Source: SAR86 cluster bacterium AG-313-D11 (GTDB lineage: Bacteria > Pseudomonadota > Gammaproteobacteria > Magnimaribacterales > D2472). Taken from it: DNA of 64,000 nt. The notes under the pieces are model-generated. The model was not told where the DNA came from. It did no database searches and was given only the letters and a program-made list of their open reading frames with translations. Within the stretch, counting starts at the first letter, position 1, and the number at the start of each line of letters is the position of its first letter. This document shows, in pieces, positions 41,530-51,350 of this stretch. The stretch covers positions 43,722 to 107,721 of the forward strand of contig QBVW01000004.1 in assembly GCA_003284215.1 (NCBI GenBank), read 5' to 3'. The position numbers were made by a program, and so were the translations under genes.

Positions 41530-42666
41530 ATGAAAGATTATTCAGATCATATTGGAATAATAGGAGGCGGAATAGCAGGCCTAACGCTTGGCTGCGCTCT
41601 CTTGAAAGAGGGTATTCCAGCAACCATTTTTGAAAAAATGCCTGAGGATACCTCTCACGGTGCTGCCATAAGCCTATCTCCCAATGCATTACGTTTGTTA
41701 GACAGGCTGGGTATTTATTATGACTTAAGGAATCAATCTTTTATTCATTCTGCAGCTTTAATTCAAGGAACACAAAAGCAAATATGTGAATTCCAAACCC
41801 CTGAAGTCCTGACAACACGTCGACAAACATTGATGTCGCTGCTCTATTCCAAATATATTAATTTAGGTGGGGAGGTTCATCATGATCACGCTCTTGAAAA
41901 TTTTGATGCAGTTAAATGCGAAGCTACATTTACAAGCCAAAATAAATATATTTTTAAGCACTTAGCAGCATGTGATGGTATTAGATCATTAATACGAGAT
42001 ACTTTTTTTGCTCTTAATCAAAGTCCAAAATATAGTGGTTACAGCGCCTGGAGGGGCATAGGTAAGTCAGACGTACAAAGAATTCATTTTGCACTTGGTC
42101 CTGGTAGTCATATTGTAAGTTATCCAGTTAATAAAAAAGGAGACGTAAGCTTTGTTGCGGTAAAAAAAGAAGATTTTCAATTTAAGGAATCCTGGAGGGA
42201 AGAGGGCTCAGTTAAAGATTTGCTGGATGATTTCTCCATTTATGACTCTAAAATATTTCCAGCACTTGAAGATTCAATGCCCTTATATAAATGGGGGATC
42301 TATATCAGACCGCCCTTAAAATCTATGATTGCTAAAAATATAACTTTGCTTGGTGATGCAGCTCATCCCATGGTGCCATTTTTAGGACAAGGCGCATGCA
42401 TGGCAATTGAAGACACCTACTCATTTGCAATGGCTTGTAAAGCAAAGATTGCCAATTTGAGAGACGCACAAGAGGCTTATGATTTCGTTAGAAACAAACG
42501 TACTAAAAAGATACAAAGACTCTCAATGATGCAAGGTAAAATCTATCATCTGAAGAATCCATTATTAGTTTCAGCAAGAAATACTGTAATGAAATATACG
42601 AATATTCCAGGCAATGATTTAAAAAAAATTCATGAATATGATGCTCACTATGAAATGCAAATTTAG
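41530..42666 (+). CDS. FAD-dependent monooxygenase (salicylate hydroxylase-like)
   Basis: GGGIAG, ACDGIRS, GDAAHPMVPFLGQGA. Confidence 0.88.
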   Translation: MKDYSDHIGIIGGGIAGLTLGCALLKEGIPATIFEKMPEDTSHGAAISLSPNALRLLDRLGIYYDLRNQSFIHSAALIQGTQKQICEFQTPEVLTTRRQTLMSLLYSKYINLGGEVHHDHALENFDAVKCEATFTSQNKYIFKHLAACDGIRSLIRDTFFALNQSPKYSGYSAWRGIGKSDVQRIHFALGPGSHIVSYPVNKKGDVSFVAVKKEDFQFKESWREEGSVKDLLDDFSIYDSKIFPALEDSMPLYKWGIYIRPPLKSMIAKNITLLGDAAHPMVPFLGQGACMAIEDTYSFAMACKAKIANLRDAQEAYDFVRNKRTKKIQRLSMMQGKIYHLKNPLLVSARNTVMKYTNIPGNDLKKIHEYDAHYEMQI

Positions 42667-42770
42667 ATCTCAAACAGCATTTATCAAAGAGTTACATTGA
42701 ATATTTCGCTTTAATTTGATGAATACTCTTATCTGCTAAAGTTGATTATTTGCTAATTTCAAAAATACTT

Positions 42771-43256
42771 CTACTCAAGATTTGGAAGATTATCGTAATC
42801 TAATCCAGCGTATGGTAACTGTTCTGCAATTGCGTTCGGATGGACAACTGAAATTACTATATCGCTGCCATAATCACCACTTATGAATTGTCCTAAGCCT
42901 GTAGTTGGAGTGATATAAATAGTAGCGAATCTTCCTTCTTTTCCATAAACTAGTGAGATTTCTTCTGCAACTTTTGAGCTAAGCAATAGCCAACCAGTTT
43001 CTGGGGTTGCATTACCATAGAATATTAGATTTTCTGCAGGGCTATAGCCAGATTTTAATACAATTCTTCCGGACACAGCATTGCCAGTTCCAAGCACAAC
43101 AGTTGGATCTTTTATAATTTCAGAATTTTTTGGTAATGGAAAATCTGATAGAAGGTAGCTAATGATTTTTCTTTGGTTGACCTGATATTCATTTACAAAA
43201 AGTGTACAACTTGATGAAAAGGCAAGAATTAAAGTGATTGATAGTAGATTTTTCAT
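42771..43256 (-). CDS. Hypothetical lipoprotein
   Basis: Signal peptide ending in FSSSC (lipobox-like). Confidence 0.7.
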   Translation of the reverse strand: MKNLLSITLILAFSSSCTLFVNEYQVNQRKIISYLLSDFPLPKNSEIIKDPTVVLGTGNAVSGRIVLKSGYSPAENLIFYGNATPETGWLLLSSKVAEEISLVYGKEGRFATIYITPTTGLGQFISGDYGSDIVISVVHPNAIAEQLPYAGLDYDNLPNLE

Positions 43257-43274
43257 ATTTTTCTAATTTAATTT

Positions 43275-43970
43275 TTAAAAATTTAATTGATATCCAAGTT
43301 TAAACGAATTTTCTATAACTTTGCTAGAGGAAGCCTCAATAAAGACAGCGCTTCTTTTATTAATATTATATAGTATTCCAACGCCAAATTTTTTATCTGA
43401 ATCATCTGATAATTGAGCATCATAAGGGGGGCATGACAATGCTTCGCAAACAGGAGCACCAGAATCTACAATTATTGCCTCTTTTGAAGCATCAACAAAA
43501 ATCTTTCCCTCCCAGTAATTACTATTACCAAATCTTATTCCAGCAACAAAACTTGCATGGCTATCGTCACCTTGAAAATTAAATCTTTCTCCATCAAAAT
43601 CAGAGGTTTTTATTCCAACCTCTGCAAAGACATCAAATAAATTTTTAATTTTTAAATTTACATCTCCAGAATTTATATTTCCCAATAAATCACCAACACC
43701 CTTGTGAAATCCAAACCTAGCTGTATCAACTACTTTATCATAGGACTCTTTTTTATAATTTACGCCTTCTGCTTTTCTTTCTATAGTTGCATAGAAAGCT
43801 CCGGGCAAATCAATAGATAAATTAATTGCAAAACCCGACTTATCAGATTCAATGAAATGAATGCCTAAAGAAGTATATTTATAGTCATTTGATTTTCTAT
43901 CCAATCTATTGGCTTCAGCATGCAAGAAAAAGGGCATGCATATTAGTGAAATTAATATCGTCCTTTTCAT
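43275..43970 (-). CDS. Putative outer-membrane beta-barrel protein
   Basis: Signal peptide, alternating beta-strand pattern, C-terminal LGYQLNF. Confidence 0.6.
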   Translation of the reverse strand: MKRTILISLICMPFFLHAEANRLDRKSNDYKYTSLGIHFIESDKSGFAINLSIDLPGAFYATIERKAEGVNYKKESYDKVVDTARFGFHKGVGDLLGNINSGDVNLKIKNLFDVFAEVGIKTSDFDGERFNFQGDDSHASFVAGIRFGNSNYWEGKIFVDASKEAIIVDSGAPVCEALSCPPYDAQLSDDSDKKFGVGILYNINKRSAVFIEASSSKVIENSFKLGYQLNF

Positions 43971-44001
43971 AAGAATATCTTATCAGAATTGATTAAAGTA
44001 T

Positions 44002-44958
44002 TTATTTCTTGAATCCAAAACTATTTGTTGCATTAATTAGCTCATTAGTAATTTCATTTTCAAATGCACTATGACCCGAAAAAGGCGTGATAATAAATTT
44101 TGCTTCTGGCCAGTTCTTATGAAGTTCCCAAGCAGTTGTCAGAGGAGTGCAAACATCATATCTTCCTTGAATAATAGTAGTCGGGATGTTTCTAATAATA
44201 TCAATACCATCAATAAGCTGTTGCTCATGTGATAAAAAACCTTTGTTAATAAAATAGTGATTTTCAATAAGCGCAAATGCAAGAGCGAACCTGGGTTCAG
44301 AAAAACTATCCACCATTTCTGGGCTATAGCTTAGATTAACAGTAGACCCTTCCCATCTTGACCACGCAACAGCTGCTTCAAGCTTTTTGTCCTCATCATC
44401 GCCATTAAAAATTTCATAATATGCTGATATCAAGTTATCTCTTTTTGATTTTTCAATTGGCTCAATAAATTTTTCCCAAGCATCAGGAAATATATTGCTA
44501 GTTCCATCTTGATAAAACCAATCTAATTCTTTTTTTCTCAACATAAAAATTCCGCGAAGGATCATTTCGCTTACTGAATCTGGATGAGTTTGAGCGTAAG
44601 CTAGAGCCAAAGTGCTGCCCCATGAGCCTCCAAAAACCAACCATTTATCTATCTCTAATTTTTGTTTTAAGGATTCAATATCCGCTACTAAATCCCAGGT
44701 TGTATTATTTGTTAAACATGCATGAGGTTTGCTTCTACCGCATCCCCTTTGATCAAACACTATGATTCTATAGGCTTCTGGATTAAAGAATCTTCTTACA
44801 GCCTCACTTCCGCCTCCACCAGGCCCACCATGTAAAAAAACAGCAGGCTTTCCATTTGGATTGCCACATTGTTCATAATAAATTTGATGCTCACCTGCAA
44901 TCATGAAACCAGTATCAAAGGGTTTAATTGCAGGATAAAGTTTTTGTTGTTCTGTCAT
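44002..44958 (-). CDS. pip: Proline iminopeptidase
   Basis: HGGPGGG, DQRGCGRS, GGSWGSTL, GRYDV. Confidence 0.93.
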   Translation of the reverse strand: MTEQQKLYPAIKPFDTGFMIAGEHQIYYEQCGNPNGKPAVFLHGGPGGGGSEAVRRFFNPEAYRIIVFDQRGCGRSKPHACLTNNTTWDLVADIESLKQKLEIDKWLVFGGSWGSTLALAYAQTHPDSVSEMILRGIFMLRKKELDWFYQDGTSNIFPDAWEKFIEPIEKSKRDNLISAYYEIFNGDDEDKKLEAAVAWSRWEGSTVNLSYSPEMVDSFSEPRFALAFALIENHYFINKGFLSHEQQLIDGIDIIRNIPTTIIQGRYDVCTPLTTAWELHKNWPEAKFIITPFSGHSAFENEITNELINATNSFGFKK

Positions 44959-44988
44959 AAAAAACTATCTTAGGTAAGTAAAGTACTA

Positions 44989-45876
44989 TTAATTTTTTTT
45001 GGTAGAGCTTTTTACTAGTTCTTCTGAGGAAGCAATTTTAAAGCGATCAATATCTTCTCCAAAGAGTTTCTTTGGTGATACAGATTCAAATTTTCCCTCA
45101 GTGTCTGTAGGGTCGGTAAAGAACCCTAAAACATAACCGCCTTGAGAGTAACCCATCAGATCTCTGAGCTCGGGTTCAAGATCTTTTGCTATGGAGGGAG
45201 GACAAGAGAGGTATTGATTTTCCTCCTGTCTTAGCCAATTTGGAGCATAGTGTAAAAAAACACCAAGTCTATTTTCTGATGTTTTATTGGCTCCCCCGCC
45301 GTGCATTACAGACCCAGTATAAATAAATACTGAACCTGCACTCATTTCAGCATTCTCGATTTCTTCATCTAGAGGCATTCTATTTTTGTCCCATTTGTGA
45401 GAGCCTGGCACAACTTGAGTTGCCCCATTTTCCTTGGTGAAATCTGTTATAGCCCAAACAGTACTCAATTGAGTTTCAATTTTACGAGGTACATATCCAC
45501 CCCATACTCCTCGATCTCTATGCAAGATCTGAGGCGTTTCATTAGGCCCTATTGAGATAGCAGATGTGAAATGAAGCTGATAGCCATCGCAGTGAGGCTC
45601 TAAAAATTTTTCTGATAAAGTATTGATTGTTGGATTGAGGGCTAACTCACGACACTTGGGTGATCTTGCCATCAGTGCGCCTACTCGCTTTGTTTGAAAT
45701 CCAGTAAATTCATTATCACCCTCAATATCATTTTCAAGGTATGGTTTAAGCTCATTTTTAATATCGTCAAGATCTTTTGTAGACAAAATATTTTCTATAA
45801 CTACAGCAGCATCCCGCTCAATAATGGCTAGAATCTCCTCAATGTTAGTATCGGGAGTAACGCGTTGAATGCTCAT
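44989..45876 (-). CDS. Phytanoyl-CoA dioxygenase (PhyH) family 2OG-Fe(II) oxygenase
   Basis: LHRD, NGATQVVPGSH, HGGGAN, LRQEEN. Confidence 0.85.
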   Translation of the reverse strand: MSIQRVTPDTNIEEILAIIERDAAVVIENILSTKDLDDIKNELKPYLENDIEGDNEFTGFQTKRVGALMARSPKCRELALNPTINTLSEKFLEPHCDGYQLHFTSAISIGPNETPQILHRDRGVWGGYVPRKIETQLSTVWAITDFTKENGATQVVPGSHKWDKNRMPLDEEIENAEMSAGSVFIYTGSVMHGGGANKTSENRLGVFLHYAPNWLRQEENQYLSCPPSIAKDLEPELRDLMGYSQGGYVLGFFTDPTDTEGKFESVSPKKLFGEDIDRFKIASSEELVKSSTKKN

Positions 45877-45921
45877 GGATTTAGTTTAGGACAATTTTAA
45901 AAATCTGTGAAATTTTTTCTT

Positions 45922-47094
45922 TTAGGTTGTGTTGATAATTTCATCATATATTTCTGGATCTGTAGCTCCCTCTGTTCCAAATAATAAAACAATGCTATTT
46001 GAATCGAGGCTCATCTTTTCAGCTACTTTTTTGTTGTTCATTGTTTGCATGAGCCCCTCAAGCCCGGCAACTGATGACTCTCCAGCTTCAATTGATGGCC
46101 TATTTTTTGCAAGCAATCTCATTGATTCTGGAATTGATGCATCTGAAATAGTAATGAAATCATCGACGCCTTTACTCAGTATTGTCCATCCTAAAAGAGA
46201 GGGTTCACCACATGAGAGTCCAGCCATCATTGTTTCTTTTTTAATATCAACTGAAGTCATTTGATTATTTTGAGCGCTGCGAATGAGGCAGGGCGCATGC
46301 TCTGATTCAACAACAATAAATTTAATATTATTGTTGGGAAATTTTTCCCAAAAATATCCACATATAGCACCAGGGAATGAGCCAACACCGCCTTGTAAAA
46401 ATACATGAGTTGGAAATGGCAAGTTATTTAGCTGACTGACAATTTCTTCTGCCATGACATTATAACCAGCCATAATATAGCGTGGATATTTTGTGTAACC
46501 TTCATAAGAAGTGTCTGAAATGACGTGCCAGTTGTTCTTTTCAGCAGCATCAATGCATATTCTCAGGGATTCATCATAGTTTCCAGAGATACGCGTGACG
46601 TTTGCCTCAAGATTTTCCATTGCTTTTTGACGTCCAGCACTTACTTCCGAATGAATATATATCTGACATTTACATCCAAATAGCATGGCGCCAAAAGCTA
46701 CCGATCTGCCATGATTGCCATCCGTTGCTGTGGTAACTGTGTACTTTGAAATTTGCTCTGAATACTTCCCGGCATGAATATCTTTGACGCTAACTTTATC
46801 TCCAACTTCTTTCTGTAAGGCGTGATGAATGAATTTCAAAACTCCATAAGTGCCGCCTAGAGCCTTGAAGCTGCCCAATCCAAATCGAGAACTTTCATCT
46901 TTGTAGTAAATATTTTTGATCCCAATATCAGAGGCCAAAGAATCCAGAGAATGCAGGGGAGTTATGGAATAACCTTTCCAGGTTTTAATTTCCTCAAAAG
47001 CACTGATTGTATTTTGGAGACTCAATACATATCGCAAATCATTTGAGTAATGCCCCGTATCTTTTTGAGGGTTATGAAAATGTTCCATCAACAT
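45922..47094 (-). CDS. Diaminopropionate ammonia-lyase
   Basis: KDESSRFGLGSFKALG, ATDGNHG, MAGLSCGEP, TEGATDP. Confidence 0.88.
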   Translation of the reverse strand: MLMEHFHNPQKDTGHYSNDLRYVLSLQNTISAFEEIKTWKGYSITPLHSLDSLASDIGIKNIYYKDESSRFGLGSFKALGGTYGVLKFIHHALQKEVGDKVSVKDIHAGKYSEQISKYTVTTATDGNHGRSVAFGAMLFGCKCQIYIHSEVSAGRQKAMENLEANVTRISGNYDESLRICIDAAEKNNWHVISDTSYEGYTKYPRYIMAGYNVMAEEIVSQLNNLPFPTHVFLQGGVGSFPGAICGYFWEKFPNNNIKFIVVESEHAPCLIRSAQNNQMTSVDIKKETMMAGLSCGEPSLLGWTILSKGVDDFITISDASIPESMRLLAKNRPSIEAGESSVAGLEGLMQTMNNKKVAEKMSLDSNSIVLLFGTEGATDPEIYDEIINTT

Positions 47095-47106
47095 GAAAAA
47101 ATAGAA

Positions 47107-47589
47107 TTAGTCTCTAAAGTTATCAAACTGCAGTGGTAAGTCATATTTTTGATCTTTAATAAGTTGAATGATCTGTTGCAATTCATCTCTTTTCTTGCCG
47201 TTGATTCTAATGCTCTCACCTTGGATCGACGCCTGCACCTTAACTTTAGATTGCTTAACTAAAGTAGTAATTTTTTTTGCAAGCTCTCTATCAATACCTT
47301 CTTGAAGGTGAATCGATTGACGAGCTTCACCAGTTGCAGACTCTATAGATCCAGGTTGAAGTGTTTTTAAATCTATCCCCCTTTTGGACATAGCTTCATG
47401 AAGCACAGGTTCCATTTGTTTGATTTGAAAATCTTCCTTTGCAGTCAAAAGAATTTCTTTTGCATTAAGAACAAAAGACGCATTAGTTCCTTTAAAGTCA
47501 AACCTATTTTGCAGCACTCTATTTGCCTGATCCACTGCATTGGTTAGCTCATGAAGATTTAGTTCAGATTTGATGTCGAACGAAGCCAT
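47107..47589 (-). CDS. yajQ: YajQ nucleotide / c-di-GMP-binding protein
   Basis: MASFDI, RFDFKG, GKKRDELQ, QFDNFRD. Confidence 0.93.
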   Translation of the reverse strand: MASFDIKSELNLHELTNAVDQANRVLQNRFDFKGTNASFVLNAKEILLTAKEDFQIKQMEPVLHEAMSKRGIDLKTLQPGSIESATGEARQSIHLQEGIDRELAKKITTLVKQSKVKVQASIQGESIRINGKKRDELQQIIQLIKDQKYDLPLQFDNFRD

Positions 47590-47675
47590 ATGATTTTTCT
47601 CTAATTATTGATTAATTCTACACCAACAAAATAAACCTCAATCAGATACTTGAGATTATTAAATTTAAAAAAAAT

Positions 47676-49589
47676 TTAAGCTTCGGAAACGATAGTTGTT
47701 TTCATAGATTTTTTGCTAAGACCCCAAATTAGCCTGGCAGCCTTAATAAATAATAATCTAAAGGTTCTATCAAAAAGTGGCACTTCTGTGATTTCAGATT
47801 TCACATCACAAACCTGCTTACCTCTAATCAAGTTTCCAGGAAGTGCTCCAGTTGCAACCCCATTCTCACTAATCACTTGACCACTTTTTATTGTAGCGAC
47901 ATATCCTGTTGCATCTTGAACCAGTCGTCTTCCTCCCAATGGTAAATCGTGAATCATCTTGGGATGGCTAACATTTAATTTTTCAAAATCAATAATATTA
48001 ATATCGCCCAACATGCCTACTTTTATTTCGCCTCGATCAAAGAGCCCGAATGTTTCAGCTGTATCTTTCGTTTGTTTTTTTATGAGCATTTCTAAAGGAA
48101 ACTTCTTTCCAGCTTCACGATCTCTTGCCCAATGGGATAAATTTGTTGTTGGCATGCTTGCGTCACATATCAGCCCGCAATGTGCACCCCCGTCGCTGCC
48201 TCCAGCAACTGACGATTTTAATCCATATGCTTGCTCAACAAAATCAAGTTTGTAATTTTCATATGGAGTAAAAGCTGCATAAATCAAATTGCTACCATTA
48301 TTCTTGATCATTTCATCGTACATTACTTCAAGTTCTGAAATGCCTCTTTCTAAGGCAACAGCAGCTATGCTGTCCTCTTTCTTTGGTTCATAGTTTGGAG
48401 GCGTTCCCAAAATGAATTGTGTCTCGTAATTGGATGTCAGCTTTGTAGGAAGCTCAACATCCTTTGCAATTTCCTCTTTTGTTTTATTGTTTGGATTCTT
48501 GGCAAGCTGAATTTTAATCTCTGATTCAAAATCGGGTTGCTGGCTAAGCAATTTCTTTTTAAAATCAGGATCTTTCATAATTGCATATTTTTGTTCAAGT
48601 GGTAAATCGGCAATCTCTTTATAAGCTGGATATTGAATAAAAGGATGTAGAGAGCTTTCTAGGCCGAACATGAGTCCAACATTTCTGCCAGGAAACTGAG
48701 GACGAATATTTTTTCCCTTCAGGAATTGCTCTTCAGCAAATAGAATTGTTTTAACGGCATCTCCACTTGTTTGCAAAAAAGTTAACCCACAATCACTTTT
48801 TTTAACGTATTCCTTCATCCAAGACATCTCAATTTCTTCATCGAGCCAATCAGAGGTAATTTCTAATGTGCCTTCGCCAGCTTTATCAACACCAAAGGCT
48901 AGGGCTCTCATTTCTTCAGAGCTAGCTTCGGTTCCTGGAACATACTTTCCATATATGTCTCTGTGGAGAATTGTTCTTGATGTACTAAACCCTAAAGCGC
49001 CGGCGTTAATTGCCTCAGTCACCAATTCAGACATCTTGTCTATTTCTGTTTCAGACGCATCTACTTGATTTTGGCATCTCTCGTATCCCATGACATAACT
49101 TCTTAATGGACCATGACCCATCATAAATCCAAGATCCATAACAAAATCTTTTTTCTCAATTGCATCTAAAAATTCAGGAAAGGTTTCCCAGTCCCACTCA
49201 ATTCCTTCATGCAAAGCTGAGCCAGGAATATCCTCAACACCTTCCATTAACTGAATAAGGAAATTTTCATCACCAGGTCTAACTGGAGCAAAACCCACCC
49301 CACAATTTCCCATAACTACTGTTGTGACACCATGCCAGCTAGAAGGGGTTAAGTATGGATCCCAGCAAACTTGACCATCATAGTGAGTATGAACATCAAC
49401 CCATCCAGGAGTTACTAATTTACCTTTTGCATCAATTTCTTTTTTACCCGACCCTTTAATTTCTCCAATTAAAGAAATTGTTCCTTCATCGATGGCAATA
49501 TCGCCAATAAATGACTTTGCACCAGATCCATCTATGATCTTGCCATTTCTTATTACCACATCGTGTAAATTATTCTTCTCTGTATGCAT
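47676..49589 (-). CDS. N-acyl-D-amino-acid deacylase-like amidohydrolase
   Basis: PGWVDVHTHYD, MGNCGVGFAP, SDGGAH. Confidence 0.85.
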   Translation of the reverse strand: MHTEKNNLHDVVIRNGKIIDGSGAKSFIGDIAIDEGTISLIGEIKGSGKKEIDAKGKLVTPGWVDVHTHYDGQVCWDPYLTPSSWHGVTTVVMGNCGVGFAPVRPGDENFLIQLMEGVEDIPGSALHEGIEWDWETFPEFLDAIEKKDFVMDLGFMMGHGPLRSYVMGYERCQNQVDASETEIDKMSELVTEAINAGALGFSTSRTILHRDIYGKYVPGTEASSEEMRALAFGVDKAGEGTLEITSDWLDEEIEMSWMKEYVKKSDCGLTFLQTSGDAVKTILFAEEQFLKGKNIRPQFPGRNVGLMFGLESSLHPFIQYPAYKEIADLPLEQKYAIMKDPDFKKKLLSQQPDFESEIKIQLAKNPNNKTKEEIAKDVELPTKLTSNYETQFILGTPPNYEPKKEDSIAAVALERGISELEVMYDEMIKNNGSNLIYAAFTPYENYKLDFVEQAYGLKSSVAGGSDGGAHCGLICDASMPTTNLSHWARDREAGKKFPLEMLIKKQTKDTAETFGLFDRGEIKVGMLGDINIIDFEKLNVSHPKMIHDLPLGGRRLVQDATGYVATIKSGQVISENGVATGALPGNLIRGKQVCDVKSEITEVPLFDRTFRLLFIKAARLIWGLSKKSMKTTIVSEA

Positions 49590-49615
49590 TTATTCTTAAT
49601 TATTTAACAATTCAA

Positions 49616-49644
49616 AGGTTATATATTGGCATAAATTATGTCAA
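49616..49644 (-). promoter_or_regulatory. Sigma70 promoter of the amidohydrolase gene with an overlapping palindrome
   Basis: Minus strand TTGACA-17 bp-TAACCT; imperfect palindrome ATTGGCATAAATTATGTCAAT at 49625-49645. Confidence 0.55.
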
Positions 49645-49683
49645 TAAATTTTTATATTAAAAATTATAGTAGCTAATAAAAAA

Positions 49684-49733
49684 TGGTGCCCAGAGGTGGA
49701 ATCGAACCACCGACACAAGGATTTTCAGTCCTT
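49684..49733 (-). repeat. Duplicated 3' part of tRNA-Phe (att-type direct repeat)
   Basis: 50 bp identical to 52007-52056; lacks the 5' acceptor strand and an intact D-arm. Confidence 0.95.
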
Positions 49734-49777
49734 GTCTCTAACTGTAAAACCCTATAAAAAAAGGTATTACAGACAAG

Positions 49778-49843
49778 AGTGTTCATATTAGTGTTCATGA
49801 ATTAATAAAATAAAATAATTTTTTCATAATGATTATGAACATA
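49778..49843. repeat. Left cluster of AGTGTTCAT motifs (putative recombinase arm sites)
   Basis: AGTGTTCATA 49778-49787, AGTGTTCATG 49790-49799, degenerate inverted TATGAACATA 49834-49843. Confidence 0.7.
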
Positions 49844-49901
49844 ATTAATTTTTTTTAAAAATAATATTTTCTTTTGTCTTATTAAAGATATTATCTACGT
49901 A

Positions 49902-50330
49902 ATGAAATCCAAAAATATTACTCAAGAATACTTGCGTAAAAGAATCTTTGAAATCGATAAAAAATCAAATCAGGAATACTATATAAAAGATGGAATAAAA
50001 ACTCTCAAAAATGGTCATTGGGAATATCTTTATGATGATGGCAGTTTGTCAGGAAAAGGAACTTTTATAGATGGAGTTGCAACAGGTGCATGGCAACTGT
50101 TTTATCAGAATGGAAAACTTAGTCAAAGAGGATTCTATGATTCTAATGGGAAAAGAGTATCTAAATATGAATATGGAGATACATGGGAATATTATGATGA
50201 GAATGGAAACCTAGAAGTTCTCTTCAATGAAAATATTTACTATGATGATGACCAAACTCTTGAAGAATTTTATGCGTCCTTAAGTCCAGATTTTTTAAAG
50301 GCAATCGAAGAATATGAGGATGACGAATAA
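49902..50330 (+). CDS. MORN-variant repeat (YwqK-like) protein with an acidic tail
   Basis: Repeats NGHWEYLYDDGSL / GAWQLFYQNGKL / DTWEYYDENGNL. Confidence 0.75.
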   Translation: MKSKNITQEYLRKRIFEIDKKSNQEYYIKDGIKTLKNGHWEYLYDDGSLSGKGTFIDGVATGAWQLFYQNGKLSQRGFYDSNGKRVSKYEYGDTWEYYDENGNLEVLFNENIYYDDDQTLEEFYASLSPDFLKAIEEYEDDE

Positions 50331-50333
50331 CTA

Positions 50334-51350
50334 ATGGCAAGACAATCTCCGAAAGTAATAAGTCTTTTTTCTGGATGTGGAGGACTCGATTTTGGTTTCC
50401 AAGAAGCAGGTTATGAGATTGTTTATGCAAATGACATATGGTCATCAGTAAAGAAGACATATGAATACAACCTTAAACATGAGATTGTTATAGACGATCT
50501 CATTAAGGTCAATAAAACTAATATTCCTCAAGGTGATGTAATTCTGGCAGGCATACCCTGCCAACCTTTTTCAAATGCAGGAAATAGGAAGTCTACAAAA
50601 GACAAAGATGGAAACTTATTCCTAGAAGTGATTGATGTTGTGATAAATCAAAAAAAGAAACCTAAAGTCGTAGTTTTTGAAAATGTCAGAGGTTTTTTAT
50701 CTTCTAAAGATGAGGATGGAAAACTACTCACTGATAGATTTACAGAAGAAATGGAAGATTTAGGTTATGTAACAAAATTTGAATTAATTAATGCTGCTAA
50801 TTTTGGGGTTCCATCAAATAGATTTAGAGTTTTTATTGTTTGTTATCTCAAATCAATGAAGAAAGAATATTTTTTTCCTAGACCTTTGGGGATAGAGACA
50901 CCAACTGTAGGAGATATAATTTCTATGAAACTACCTAAATATGAGAACTTAGAAGTATGGGATCTACCTCCTTCGTCCAAGAACATTGTAAAGTTCATTA
51001 AGGAAGGTGGTTCATGGAAAGATGTTCCATATGATGAACTTGCTCCAAGGCATCAAAGAATTAGAGATAATATTAAGAAATATAGATCTCCGAATTTTTA
51101 TAGAAGATTTTCACGAAAAGAGATAATGGGAACAGTTACTGCCACCTCTTCACCTGAAAATAGTGGGATTCTTCATCCTTTAGAAGATAGAAGATACTCA
51201 GTAAGGGAAATTGCAAGATTTCAAAGTTATCCAGATACTTTTACATTCATTGATAAAAGCATTCCAAATAAATATAAAATGATAGGAAACTCTGTCCCTC
51301 CTTTGCTTTCTAAGCACATAGCAGAATCGATACTTACTTCACTATTTTAA
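50334..51350 (+). CDS. DNA (cytosine-5)-methyltransferase
   Basis: Motif I FSGCGG, IV GIPCQPFS, VI FENV, VIII RFR, IX REIARFQSYP, X IGNSV. Confidence 0.95.
   Translation: MARQSPKVISLFSGCGGLDFGFQEAGYEIVYANDIWSSVKKTYEYNLKHEIVIDDLIKVNKTNIPQGDVILAGIPCQPFSNAGNRKSTKDKDGNLFLEVIDVVINQKKKPKVVVFENVRGFLSSKDEDGKLLTDRFTEEMEDLGYVTKFELINAANFGVPSNRFRVFIVCYLKSMKKEYFFPRPLGIETPTVGDIISMKLPKYENLEVWDLPPSSKNIVKFIKEGGSWKDVPYDELAPRHQRIRDNIKKYRSPNFYRRFSRKEIMGTVTATSSPENSGILHPLEDRRYSVREIARFQSYPDTFTFIDKSIPNKYKMIGNSVPPLLSKHIAESILTSLF

Noticed and set aside
42667-42770. 104-bp gap between convergent genes as an sRNA or gene remnant
   Set aside because: No stable structure, ORF or recognisable motif that I could support.
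49627-49642. Sigma54 promoter TGGCATAAATTATGTC
   Set aside because: No GC at the -12 position; better explained as a palindrome over a minus-strand sigma70 promoter.
49684-49740. Second functional tRNA-Phe gene
   Set aside because: Only the 3' 50 nt match exactly; the 5' acceptor strand and most of the D-arm are missing, so it is an att-type remnant.
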